NCBI GenBank assembly: GCA_964436015.1
Contig: CAYTAR010000002.1
Span: 9,521 to 73,520 of the forward strand
Reading direction: 5' to 3'
Length of the DNA: 64,000 nt
Source of the DNA: an uncultured Candidatus Saccharibacteria bacterium
GTDB lineage: Bacteria > Patescibacteriota > Minisyncoccia > Phycocordibacterales > GCA-2401445
The position numbers and the translations under genes are program-made. Of the stretch, positions 10,418 to 19,562 are shown piece after piece. The notes below the pieces were generated by a model. That model made no database searches. It had not been told where the DNA came from and saw only the letters and a program-made list of their open reading frames with translations. Each line of letters begins with the position of its first letter. Position 1 is the stretch's first letter.

Positions 10418-10915
10418 TCACCAACGTTCACTCACCATGCAGGTAAGTGCGATTCCAATAGCGTCAAATTCATCATCGGTACGCTTTTTAGAGGGGAGTA
10501 TCAGCATGCGCGTAATCATGTGCATCATAGCGGTTTTATCTCCGCGCCCATCTCCAGTGGTTGCAACTTTTATTTGGTTTGGGGTGTATTCAAAGAGAGG
10601 AATAGAATTTTTTTGAGCGATATACATAAGCGCGCCTCGAATTTCAGCTACTTTTGTTGCAGTTTTTTGGTTTTTTTGGAAAAAAACCTTTTCTAGCGCA
10701 ATCGCAGTGATTGGAAACTCTGCAAGTTGGGATTCAATTTCCGCGCACACTGTGTATAGTCTTTTTTCAAACGGTTCCTTTTTATCAGAGGTAATGCAGT
10801 CTGAGTGTAATACTTTTTCTTTGCTGGTATGTGATTTTTTCTCAAGAACACATATCCCAAGGCGGTCATATCCAGGGTCAATACCAAGAATTAAGATGGG
10901 TGCACTAGATTGCAT
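10418..10915 (-). CDS. ruvC: crossover junction endodeoxyribonuclease RuvC (start trimmed to MQSSAPILILGIDPG)
   Basis: ILGIDPGYDRLGICVL is the N-terminal catalytic motif; the C-terminal acidic residues are conserved. Confidence 0.85.
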   Translation of the reverse strand: MQSSAPILILGIDPGYDRLGICVLEKKSHTSKEKVLHSDCITSDKKEPFEKRLYTVCAEIESQLAEFPITAIALEKVFFQKNQKTATKVAEIRGALMYIAQKNSIPLFEYTPNQIKVATTGDGRGDKTAMMHMITRMLILPSKKRTDDEFDAIGIALTCMVSERW

Positions 10916-11435
10916 TGGTATACACGTGTTGCACCTCCTCATTATCTTCAAGATCATCAATAAGAAGAGAGAGTTTTTCTCCATCTTCCTCGGTAATAGA
11001 AACCGTATTTACCGGAGTCCACTCGGAACCATTTTTCTTAAATGCCCACGTAACCGAACCAATCGCTCCAAGTGCACAGTTGTGCTTTGAAAGAATATAT
11101 TTAACTTCCTGAGCTGCTTTATTTCTATTGCTCGTAAGAGCTTCAATAATAATGCCCACACCACCAGGTCCATATGCTTCGTACTGTATAGTTTCCATGT
11201 GAGTCGTATCAGGGGACAGTCCTTTTTTAACCGCACGCTCTATGTTGTCATTTGGAACATTCTCTTTACGTGCCCGTTCAATAGCAGATCGTAAGTTCGG
11301 AGATTCAGTGTTTCCTCCTGCTATTTTTGCTTCTGTGGTGATTGCTCGAAGGAGTTTTGAAAACACCATGCTTCTCTTCGCATCACTCGCTGCTTTTTTG
11401 TGTTTTATTTTTGACCATTTATTATGTCCTGACAT
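10905..11435 (-). CDS. yebC: YebC/PmpR family DNA-binding transcriptional regulator (short form)
   Basis: MSGHNKWSKIKHKKAASDAKRSMVFSKL is the N-terminal hallmark of this family. Located between ruvB and ruvC. Confidence 0.85.
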   Translation of the reverse strand: MSGHNKWSKIKHKKAASDAKRSMVFSKLLRAITTEAKIAGGNTESPNLRSAIERARKENVPNDNIERAVKKGLSPDTTHMETIQYEAYGPGGVGIIIEALTSNRNKAAQEVKYILSKHNCALGAIGSVTWAFKKNGSEWTPVNTVSITEEDGEKLSLLIDDLEDNEEVQHVYTNAI

Positions 11436-11437
11436 AC

Positions 11438-12466
11438 CTAGAGTAACTTATCTTGTAATGACTCAGGGATAGTGAATCCTAAGTGCTCGTATGCTCTCTT
11501 TGTTGCGATACGTCCCTTTGGTGTTCGTTCAAGGAGGCCGTTTTGTATGAGGTATGGCTCATACACCTCTTCAATCGTGGCGATTTCTTCACTTGTTGCA
11601 GCTGCGATGGTACTTACCCCAACTGGCCCCCCGTTAAATTTAGAAATGATAGTTTCAAGGATAGTACGGTCAGACGCATTAAGTCCGCGTTCGTCTATTT
11701 CAAGAAGAGCGAGAGCGTCTTTGACTGTTTTTTTGGTTAAAGGAGATTTAAGTACTTGTGCGTAGTCGCGACAGCGCTTCAGTAGGTAGTTTGCTATTCG
11801 TGGAGTAAATCTGCTCCGTGAAGCAATCTCAGTAATTCCTTCTGACTCAGCAGAAATACCAAGAATACGCGAAGATCGTTCAATAATAGAACTTATTTCT
11901 TCTGTTGTATAAAATTCCAAACGAAACACACCGCCAGAGAAACGAGAACGAAGTGGGGCAGAAAGGAGTGCGATGCGTGTTGTTGCTGCAATAAGTGTGA
12001 AAGGAGGAAGTTCTAATTGTACGGTTCGTGCGGAAGGTCCTTTACCGATAATAATATCAAGAGACCCAGACTCCATGGCGGGGTACAGTACTTCTTCTAT
12101 CGCTTTATTAAGGCGGTGTATCTCATCAATAAAAAGAACATCTCCTGGTGCTAGGTTAGTGAGTATTGATGCAAGGTCGCCCACCTTTTCAATAACGGGC
12201 CCCGAAGTAATTTTAATGTTTGCGTTCAATTCGCGTGCAATGAGGTGCGCTAAGGTTGTTTTCCCAAGGCCTGGCGGACCATAAAAAAGTATGTGCTCAG
12301 GTGGGTGGTTTCGCTCTTTGGCTGCAGAGAGTAGAATACGAAGGTTTTCTTTGATTGTTTTTTGCCCAATATACTCATCCCAGAGGTGAGGACGAAGTGT
12401 TTGGTCAAGAAAACGCTCTTCTTTTATGGGGTCTTGCGTATTTTTTTTCATAGTGTATAGTGCCAT
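11438..12466 (-). CDS. ruvB: Holliday junction branch migration ATPase RuvB
   Basis: AAA+ [17 protein letters not shown], and the RuvB C-terminal winged helix. Confidence 0.95.
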   Translation of the reverse strand: MALYTMKKNTQDPIKEERFLDQTLRPHLWDEYIGQKTIKENLRILLSAAKERNHPPEHILFYGPPGLGKTTLAHLIARELNANIKITSGPVIEKVGDLASILTNLAPGDVLFIDEIHRLNKAIEEVLYPAMESGSLDIIIGKGPSARTVQLELPPFTLIAATTRIALLSAPLRSRFSGGVFRLEFYTTEEISSIIERSSRILGISAESEGITEIASRSRFTPRIANYLLKRCRDYAQVLKSPLTKKTVKDALALLEIDERGLNASDRTILETIISKFNGGPVGVSTIAAATSEEIATIEEVYEPYLIQNGLLERTPKGRIATKRAYEHLGFTIPESLQDKLL

Positions 12467-12590
12467 TCTACCATTTTTAGAGAGAGGGTAGAAAAGGTGA
12501 GTTGGTAAACGCGGAAGTAAGGGTACTTGACAAGATTACCAATACATGATAAGATACTCACCAGCTACATAAACGCTCGTTAACAGATTA

Positions 12591-12620
12591 AAAAACCGCG
12601 AACAGAGACGGTTTTTATTT
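12591..12620. terminator. hairpin terminator in the ruvB-pilB intergenic region
   Basis: AAAAACCGcgaacagagaCGGTTTTTATTTT. Confidence 0.5.
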
Positions 12621-12624
12621 TGGA

Positions 12625-12815
12625 ACACTATCCAGAGTACAAATCTCTAAGCAATTGATCCCTTTGGGATTATTAGGGCATATCCACGAGGACGTGCTGG
12701 TTACAGCGTAATGCTGTGTACTGGAGCTATCCTTAAAGACTTGCCTCACTTTTAGTCGTCCGTATTAAAAGTATTGCTTAGAGATTTGTGCGCTGGATTT
12801 TTTTATGAACTCTAG
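12625..12815 (-). ncRNA. candidate structured non-coding RNA (unclassified; 6S-like closing helix). Strand tentative.
   Basis: A 16-bp long-range helix, CAAATCTCTAAGCAAT (12641-12656) pairing with ATTGCTTAGAGATTTG (12771-12786), encloses several local hairpins. No ORF. A minus-strand TGcTAGAAT lies upstream and a terminator downstream. Confidence 0.3.
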
Positions 12816-12859
12816 TGCCATTCTAGCACGTAGAAAAAAAAGAAAAAGTCTTGACTTCT

Positions 12860-14578
12860 CTAAATAACACCAGTACTCGCGGCGGCATCAATGTCAATAA
12901 CGCGACGTACCTCCTTCAAAGTAGTTACCCCTTGAAGAACTTTTACCGCAGCGTCTTGTTCCATAGTAAGAATACCTTGTTTGAGTGCTGCTGCGCGAAT
13001 TTCTCGTTCACTCGGGTTTTCTCGTACAATCTTTTCAATTTCCTCATCCATTAGAATCGCTTCGTACACTCCCACACGTCCTTTGTATGCCAAATGTTCA
13101 GATTCAAGGTCTTCTTTTTCTTTCCATATTGTTTGTGTTTGAATATTAGCCAAGTCCGGACGGTTTGTTATAGTTTTTAATATCAGCGTTAGCACCTCCT
13201 TGTCTTTACCTTCAAGAGGAACTTCAACCGCATTCTCTTTATTAACCTTACGGATAAGGCGTTGTGCCATGGTTGTGGTTACCGCAGAACCAATAACTTT
13301 TGGGTTAATTCCCATATCAATTAAACGGGGGAAGGCACCTGCGGCGGTGTTGGTGTGCAGTGTTGAAAACACTAAGTGACCCGTCAGCGCAGCGTTGATC
13401 GCCATTTCCGCAGTTTCTTTGTCTCTAATTTCTCCAACCATGATAATATCCGGGTCTTGGCGGAGCGCCGCACGGAGACCTGTGGCGAATGTATACTTAT
13501 CTTTTTCAGTTTGTGTTTGAACGATTCCAGGGAGGTGATATTCAATAGGGTCTTCAACGGTCAGGATTTTAATATCTGGTGTGTGCACTTTTCGTAGGAA
13601 TGAGTAGAGTGTAGTTGTTTTACCTGAACCAGTGGGACCAGTGGTAAGTATAAGTCCGTTAGGTCGTTCAATTTCACGCATAAGCACCTCAAAGAGGTGG
13701 GGTTCAATACCGAGAGACTCAATGGTTACTTGAATTGATTTTGGATCCAAGATACGCATCACCACTGATTCGTTGTATGCTCCAGGGAGGGTTGAGGTAC
13801 GAATTTGGATTTCTGAGTCATTTACTTTAATACTGAATCGCCCATCTTGTGCGGAATTTTTTACATTTAACATAACACCAGAGATGAGTTTAATACGAGA
13901 AAGGACGAGTCGATAGGTATTGTTATCAATATGCACAATTTCTGTGAGTACACCATCCAGTCGGTAACGAAGACGGACATACTCTTCTTCCGGTTCAAGG
14001 TGGATGTCTGACGCTTTGAGCGCAAGCGCACCCGCAATTATCATTTCAAACACTTTTGATATTTTGTAGCCCTTTTTTGCCTGTATCACATCAGTAACAC
14101 GGGTAGTAATATCAGCAATAGAAGAAACCTCATTGATCATTGCTCCAATCTCATCATTTGCAATATCAAGAACACCTTCTTTACTCTCAACGGTAAGTGA
14201 AATGTCGGCGTACCTACCCCATGCTCGCTCCAAGCTCTGCTCTGACGCAACAAACATGAGTACTTCAAACCCTTTTCGTTCCAAGTCCGCCTTAACCTCT
14301 TTTAATTTTTCGTTGCTAGGATCCTCCGTTGCAATACCTATTTTCCTTCCAATAAGACTGAATGGAGAAAAGCGGTTTTCTCGCGCCACTTTTTCAGGAA
14401 CTGCACGAAGCGCATCTCCATTAATGGACATTTTTGAGAGGTCTATGTAGGGAATACTGTAGCGGTTTGAAAGTATTTGCGCTAGATCTTCTTGTTCTCG
14501 CGCGCGGAGTTCCGCGAGACGCTTATTTTGCTTTTCATCATCAAATTGAATCATTGAATTATTATACCGTGGAGCCAC
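12860..14578 (-). CDS. pilB: type IV pilus assembly ATPase PilB / GspE family
   Basis: N-terminal T2SSE_N-like region; Walker A GPTGSGKTTTLY, Asp box, His box; 572 aa. Confidence 0.85.
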   Translation of the reverse strand: MAPRYNNSMIQFDDEKQNKRLAELRAREQEDLAQILSNRYSIPYIDLSKMSINGDALRAVPEKVARENRFSPFSLIGRKIGIATEDPSNEKLKEVKADLERKGFEVLMFVASEQSLERAWGRYADISLTVESKEGVLDIANDEIGAMINEVSSIADITTRVTDVIQAKKGYKISKVFEMIIAGALALKASDIHLEPEEEYVRLRYRLDGVLTEIVHIDNNTYRLVLSRIKLISGVMLNVKNSAQDGRFSIKVNDSEIQIRTSTLPGAYNESVVMRILDPKSIQVTIESLGIEPHLFEVLMREIERPNGLILTTGPTGSGKTTTLYSFLRKVHTPDIKILTVEDPIEYHLPGIVQTQTEKDKYTFATGLRAALRQDPDIIMVGEIRDKETAEMAINAALTGHLVFSTLHTNTAAGAFPRLIDMGINPKVIGSAVTTTMAQRLIRKVNKENAVEVPLEGKDKEVLTLILKTITNRPDLANIQTQTIWKEKEDLESEHLAYKGRVGVYEAILMDEEIEKIVRENPSEREIRAAALKQGILTMEQDAAVKVLQGVTTLKEVRRVIDIDAAASTGVI

Positions 14579-14630
14579 GTAAAGACGAAAAAAGTCTTGT
14601 GTACCAAAGGTTTTTGGAAGGGAGGAGACA

Positions 14631-14665
14631 TTGACATTTATAAAAAAGTATGCTATACTGTATTT
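14631..14665 (+). promoter_or_regulatory. sigma70-type promoter: TTGACA, 17-nt spacer, TATACT
   Basis: ttgacatttataaaaaagtatgctatact, about 23 nt upstream of the 14689 ORF. Confidence 0.5.
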
Positions 14666-14688
14666 AGGTATGGGTTTGTCAGTTTCCC

Positions 14689-15291
14689 TTGATAACTGAT
14701 AGAAAGGGCTTTATGAAATTTGTCATTGTGTTGATGATGGGTGTTCTGTTTCTTTTGCCGGTGACGGCGACGGACACAAACCAACTCTCCGCGGTTCAAG
14801 CGGAGATCGCCGAAATGAAGCTCCAAATTCAGCTTGCGAAAGCTGAGTTGGAGCTTGAAAAACTTCGCGCCCAAAAGCAGAAGTTGGTGACTCCGCCGAC
14901 GGTTGTCACCAACGAAATCTCCCCTGTTCAAGCGGAAATTAAGAATCTCAAGGAGCAAGTAGCTCTTGAGAAAGCTCGCACCGAGCTCAAGAAAGTGCAG
15001 GCGCAGAGTCAGCCTGTTCATGCAAAAGTTGCTCAGTTTCCTGAAATTGAGCAACAGCGAGATTTTTATCTCGCTGCCTCAAAGGAGGCGAAGGCGCGTG
15101 CCGATTATTACCGGCACGAAGAGCAGGCGAGTAGGTACGCTCGCCGGGCTCTTGAGGAGCAGATCTCGGGATTCTTCATTGAATCCCCACATCGGAAGTA
15201 CACTATTCCGAATACGCCTTTTAGGGCTTCGTTCCGTAGTGCAAATTACGGATTCACCGCCCGAGGCGGAGTGAAGGTGAATAGCCGATAG
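14689..15291 (+). CDS. secreted coiled-coil protein (likely start at MKFVIVLMMG, nt 14713)
   Basis: Signal peptide, then repeats of SAVQAEIAEMK / SPVQAEIKNLK type. Bracketed by a consensus promoter and a terminator. Confidence 0.5.
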   Translation: MITDRKGFMKFVIVLMMGVLFLLPVTATDTNQLSAVQAEIAEMKLQIQLAKAELELEKLRAQKQKLVTPPTVVTNEISPVQAEIKNLKEQVALEKARTELKKVQAQSQPVHAKVAQFPEIEQQRDFYLAASKEAKARADYYRHEEQASRYARRALEEQISGFFIESPHRKYTIPNTPFRASFRSANYGFTARGGVKVNSR

Positions 15292-15306
15292 AGCAACCCA
15301 CACATA

Positions 15307-15334
15307 AACCAGCGCTACGCGCTGGTTTTTTTAT
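15307..15334 (+). terminator. intrinsic terminator
   Basis: AAACCAGCGCtacgCGCTGGTTTTTTTATT. Confidence 0.8.
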
Positions 15335-15346
15335 TGTCGGGTTTGT

Positions 15347-15358
15347 GTGTGCTAGAAT
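15347..15358 (+). promoter_or_regulatory. extended -10 promoter TGTGcTAGAAT, 6 nt upstream of the tsaE ATG (probably leaderless)
   Basis: gtgtgcTAGAATgcgtgtATG; the -10 ends 7 nt before the A of the ATG. Confidence 0.4.
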
Positions 15359-15364
15359 GCGTGT

Positions 15365-15793
15365 ATGAGAGAGATAGGGAGTGTTGAGGAAATGCGAACG
15401 TTTGCGAGCAAGGTGGTACAAAAGCTCACCAGAGGTTCTACTGCAACCGTTCTTGCGCTGTCAGGTGATTTGGGGGCGGGGAAAACCACATTTGTACAAG
15501 GACTTGCGCGGTCACTTGGTACGAATGTAACCATCACTAGTCCGACGTTTGTTATTCTCAAACGGTATCCTCTGAGTAAGCAAGCGTTTGATACTCTGAT
15601 CCATATAGACGCATACCGGCTTAACAGTAGTAGCGAACTACAAAAGTTAGGTTGGGAAGAAATACTCAAGGACGCGGGGTCGCTTGTGGTTCTGGAGTGG
15701 CCTGAACGGGTGTCCGAGTGTATTCCTGATAATGCGCAGACTATTACTTTTACGCATAAAAATGAGGGTAGTCGAATAGTGTCATATGAGTAA
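15365..15793 (+). CDS. tsaE: tRNA threonylcarbamoyladenosine biosynthesis protein TsaE
   Basis: P-loop SGDLGAGKTTFVQGLARSLG; 142 aa is the typical size. Confidence 0.8.
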   Translation: MREIGSVEEMRTFASKVVQKLTRGSTATVLALSGDLGAGKTTFVQGLARSLGTNVTITSPTFVILKRYPLSKQAFDTLIHIDAYRLNSSSELQKLGWEEILKDAGSLVVLEWPERVSECIPDNAQTITFTHKNEGSRIVSYE

Positions 15794-18158
15794 AAAAACA
15801 GATAAAACAAGAATAATTCTTCTTGATGTACATGCAATTTTGCATCGTGCGTACCATGCGCTTCCCGACTTCTCTACTTCGGGCGGTATTCCAACTGGGG
15901 GCCTCTACGGAGTGTCTCTCATGTTGTTAAAATTGATTGAAGATTTTTCACCCGACTACATTATTGCGTGTTATGACTTACCAAAACCAACGTACCGCCA
16001 CGAGGTATACAAAGAGTACAAAGCGGGAAGGGTAAAGTCTGATGATGAGCTGGTGGTGCAAATTCAAAATTCACATAAGATTTTTGATGCACTTCATATT
16101 CCCATGTACAGCTGTGAGGGGTTTGAAGCGGATGATATGTTGGGAACTATTGTTGAACAGACAAAAAAGCAGAAGGATTTGGAAATAATTATTGCATCGG
16201 GTGATATGGACACACTCCAGCTTGTAGATGATAAAAAGGTACAAGTATACACGCTTAAAAAAGGCATTAAAGATACTATTTTGTATGACGAGGATAAGGT
16301 AAAAGAGCGGTTTGGTTTTGGTCCTGAATTACTCCCAGATTATAAAGGGTTGCGTGGTGACCCGTCGGACAATATTGTTGGAGTGCGAGGTATTGGAGAG
16401 AAGACCGCCACCGAGCTTATTATGAAATTCGGCACGTTGGAGTCTCTGTACAAAGTAACAAAGAAAAACCCCGATGCTCTCATTAAAGAGGGAATTAAAG
16501 AGCGTATGGTTGGGTTACTTGTAGAACATGAAGAGGAGGCATTGTTTAGCAAGATGCTTGCGACCATCAGACGAGATGCGCCTATTACCTTCACGCTACC
16601 AAAAGAGAAGTTTAAAGATATGCTTGATTTGGAGAAAGCAGACGCCTTTTTTCGAGAGTTTGAGTTTAGAACACTTGGTCCGCGGTTGCGTCACGTGCTC
16701 GGTATAACAAAAGAAGAGGAACAGACTCAAAAAAATACTTCACAGGTAACAGAAAACCCAGATGACACCGCGAGGGTTCAGCTGAAATTGTGGGTTTTGG
16801 ATTCAAATCATAGCCACGCGACGGTAGATGATGTGTATGCATACACAAAAACGACAACACTCAATGATGCAGAAAAAATAATTAATGACAGGTTGCATGC
16901 TGAAGATTCATATCGTGTGTATGAAGAGATAGAGAAGCCACTTATTCCCATAATTACAAAAATGCAGGAGAAGGGCATCATGATTGATCGTTCGTACTTC
17001 GCAAAACTTGGTGAGGATTATCACCACAAGCTCTCCGTACTAGAGAAAACCATTCATGCTGACGCGGGAGTTTCATTTAATATAGCTTCACCAAAACAAC
17101 TCGGTGAAATTCTTTTTGAAAGGTTGGGTTTGAAAGGGAAAAACCAAAAAAAGACCGCAGGTGGTGCGCTTTCTACCAAGGAGTCAGAGTTGGAGAAAAT
17201 GCGCGACATGCATCCGATTATCGGAAGCGTACTTGAGTACCGAGAGTTAGCAAAGCTTATTGGTACGTACGTGGATGTGCTTCCAACACTTGCTGATGCG
17301 AGTGATCGTATTCATACCACATTTGATCAGTGTGGAGCAGCAACTGGACGTATGGCATCTCGCGATCCTAATTTACAAAATATTCCGAATAAAACTGAAT
17401 TAGGGAGAGCAATACGAGGCGGGTTTGTTGCGGAGTCTGGATACGCACTTGTCGCGATTGATTACTCGCAAATAGAACTTCGGATTGCCGCGTTTCTCTC
17501 AAAAGATGAAAAACTTATTTCAATTTTTAAGAACAATGAAGATGTACATACCGCGGTAGCGTCCCAAGTGTTTAAAGTAAAAGAGAGCGAGGTTGATTCC
17601 GAGATGAGACGAAGGGCGAAGGTAATTAATTTCGGGATTATTTACGGTATGGGAGTAAACGCACTTAAACAAAATCTTGGGTGTGACCGTGCTGAAGCGC
17701 AAGCGTTTTATGAAGCATATTTTAATACGTTTAACGGGTTGGCAGAGTATTTGGAAAAAGTAAAAGAGTCAGCGCACCGTTTAGGTTACACCACGACTTT
17801 TTTTGGGCGAAGGAGGTACTTTGAGGGAATTCGTTCAAAGATTCCTTTTATTCGTGCATCTGCAGAGCGCATGGCGATCAATGCACCGATACAAGGTACT
17901 GGGGCTGATATTACCAAGCTCGCAATGATTGCGAGTGACGCGTTCATACGAACCCTTAAGAATACAGATGATGTTCGGCTATTGCTTCAGGTGCATGATG
18001 AACTAGTGTTTGAGGTAAAAAGTGATTTGGTTGCAACAATTATTCCAAAATTAAAAGAATCGATGGAGGGGGTAATTGATCCTAGTCAAACCGAAGGGGT
18101 GGTGTGTAAGACTGAGGCGTCAGTGGGGAGTAACTGGGGTGCACTAAAAAGAGTATAA
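15786..18158 (+). CDS. polA: DNA polymerase I (5' nuclease + polymerase; proofreading domain not recognisable)
   Basis: 5'-nuclease N-terminus; polymerase motif B RRRAKVINFGIIYGMG and motif C QVHDELVFE. Only about 80 aa separate the nuclease and polymerase domains. Confidence 0.9.
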   Translation: MSKKTDKTRIILLDVHAILHRAYHALPDFSTSGGIPTGGLYGVSLMLLKLIEDFSPDYIIACYDLPKPTYRHEVYKEYKAGRVKSDDELVVQIQNSHKIFDALHIPMYSCEGFEADDMLGTIVEQTKKQKDLEIIIASGDMDTLQLVDDKKVQVYTLKKGIKDTILYDEDKVKERFGFGPELLPDYKGLRGDPSDNIVGVRGIGEKTATELIMKFGTLESLYKVTKKNPDALIKEGIKERMVGLLVEHEEEALFSKMLATIRRDAPITFTLPKEKFKDMLDLEKADAFFREFEFRTLGPRLRHVLGITKEEEQTQKNTSQVTENPDDTARVQLKLWVLDSNHSHATVDDVYAYTKTTTLNDAEKIINDRLHAEDSYRVYEEIEKPLIPIITKMQEKGIMIDRSYFAKLGEDYHHKLSVLEKTIHADAGVSFNIASPKQLGEILFERLGLKGKNQKKTAGGALSTKESELEKMRDMHPIIGSVLEYRELAKLIGTYVDVLPTLADASDRIHTTFDQCGAATGRMASRDPNLQNIPNKTELGRAIRGGFVAESGYALVAIDYSQIELRIAAFLSKDEKLISIFKNNEDVHTAVASQVFKVKESEVDSEMRRRAKVINFGIIYGMGVNALKQNLGCDRAEAQAFYEAYFNTFNGLAEYLEKVKESAHRLGYTTTFFGRRRYFEGIRSKIPFIRASAERMAINAPIQGTGADITKLAMIASDAFIRTLKNTDDVRLLLQVHDELVFEVKSDLVATIIPKLKESMEGVIDPSQTEGVVCKTEASVGSNWGALKRV

Positions 18159-18164
18159 AAGTAT

Positions 18165-18875
18165 ATGTTACAAGTGTTTTTAGGAAATGATAGGGAATCT
18201 GCTCGCGCGTCCGCAGAGAAGGCGTTTTCTGCCCTCATTTTAAAACGCAAAGAAGCGGAAGTGATACTTTTTGATGCTGATTCATGGGATGTGGAGAAAA
18301 TGAAAGCGCTCGTGGGTGCGCAGGGATTGTTTGAAAAAAAATATATTGTGCGAATTACCTATGCACTTGATACTAAGCTTAAAGCAGAGGAGTTTGAATC
18401 ACTCATAGAAGAGTGTGCTGAGTCGGAAAACGCGTTTGTGGTCTTGGAAGAGAAACTTTCTTCTGCACAAAAGAAGAAATGTCAGAAACACGCATATACG
18501 TTTGAAGAGTACACAGAAAAAAAAGAAGAACAAAGAATCAATGTATTTGGGCTGGCAGATGCTTTTGGGAATAAAGATAAGAGAAATTTTTGGGTGCTAT
18601 ATACGCAGTGCATTCGTGCGCACATCCCCCCAGAGGAGATACATGGTATTTTATTGTGGCAGGTGAAAGGCATTATCGCGACGTACAAGACAGACTCCGC
18701 ACAAGATGCGGGGATGAAGGATTTTTCATACAAAAAAGCGAAGCGGTTTGCTCAAAATTACTCTCTCATAGAGATAACTCATATCTATGACACGCTTATA
18801 GATATGTACCACAACGCACATAAGGGTAAGTATGATTTAAGTATTGCGCTTGAGCGGTTTGTGTTGGGGGTGTAA
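18165..18875 (+). CDS. hypothetical protein, possibly a divergent DNA polymerase III delta (HolA-like)
   Basis: Directly downstream of polA. The C-terminal helical region weakly resembles HolA domain III. Speculative. Confidence 0.3.
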   Translation: MLQVFLGNDRESARASAEKAFSALILKRKEAEVILFDADSWDVEKMKALVGAQGLFEKKYIVRITYALDTKLKAEEFESLIEECAESENAFVVLEEKLSSAQKKKCQKHAYTFEEYTEKKEEQRINVFGLADAFGNKDKRNFWVLYTQCIRAHIPPEEIHGILLWQVKGIIATYKTDSAQDAGMKDFSYKKAKRFAQNYSLIEITHIYDTLIDMYHNAHKGKYDLSIALERFVLGV

Positions 18876-18881
18876 GGGGGA

Positions 18882-19124
18882 TTAAAGAATGCCCCTTTTA
18901 GCCAAACAAACGTTATAAAGGTTCTCAAAATATATATAGCCTTCCTCACTAGTCATAAGTGCTAGCTCGCCACTATATTTTTCTTTCAAAGAACTGTTTT
19001 CCTTAATGACTTTTGAAAAAATACTATAATTCTGCGCGTAACAATTCTTTTTGATAGTTTCTACTCGAAATACAATTACCCATAAGGTGATAGAGTAGAG
19101 TAAACATATAAATAAAATTAACAA
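18882..19124 (-). CDS. small hypothetical membrane protein
   Basis: 80 aa with one N-terminal TM. No homology recognised. Confidence 0.3.
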   Translation of the reverse strand: MLILFICLLYSITLWVIVFRVETIKKNCYAQNYSIFSKVIKENSSLKEKYSGELALMTSEEGYIYFENLYNVCLAKRGIL

Positions 19125-19348
19125 CCAGTATTTTTTAAGGAGGCCATAATCAGAGTAGCTTAATGTATAAATGATATAATTGGTTTACCAATTATATCAT
19201 TTATACATTGCATTGTCAATAAAGAAACCAAAGAAATTAACATACCTGATATCAGTAATGAAGATATTTTAGAATGTATAAAATTTTGCATTAGATATAT
19301 TATAACACGAAAAAAGCATAGTAACAAAGCCAGATTTAAATCATACCT

Positions 19349-19445
19349 AGGAATCGCTCCCTACAGGAACAGTACCCCAATTGGATTTTTTCTTCGTAGA
19401 GTACTACTCGAAAAAATACTCAATAGGGCTTCGATTCCTACCCGC
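19349..19445 (-). repeat. 97-nt tRNA-associated element (mini variant) downstream of tRNA-Lys; terminal inverted repeats GTAGGAATC...GATTCCTAC
   Basis: About 88% identical to 24143-24239. One end is the inverted copy of the tRNA T-arm (TAGGAATCGAAgccc); the other is a direct GATTCCTA copy. Confidence 0.7.
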
Positions 19446-19487
19446 AGACACCCCCGTGTCTGCTTGGCCGAACTTTCGTTCGCTTCG

Positions 19488-19560
19488 CTTACTCAAGTCC
19501 GTCCAGTAGGAATCGAACCTACGACCCTCTGCTTAAAAGGCAGGTGCTCTACCGACTGAG
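19488..19560 (-). tRNA. tRNA-Lys (anticodon TTT)
   Basis: Cloverleaf on the minus strand: acceptor CCGTCCA/TGGACGG, D-arm GCTCAGTCGGTAGAGC, anticodon loop CTTTTAA, T-arm GTAGGTTCGATTCCTAC. No encoded CCA. Confidence 0.85.
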
Positions 19561-19562
19561 CT

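Noticed and set aside
19349-19445. The 97-nt elements as intron-containing or unusual tRNA genes
   Set aside because: No consistent D-arm or anticodon arm could be threaded in either orientation. The tRNA-like parts are only the T-stem and part of the loop, duplicated in inverted and direct orientation.
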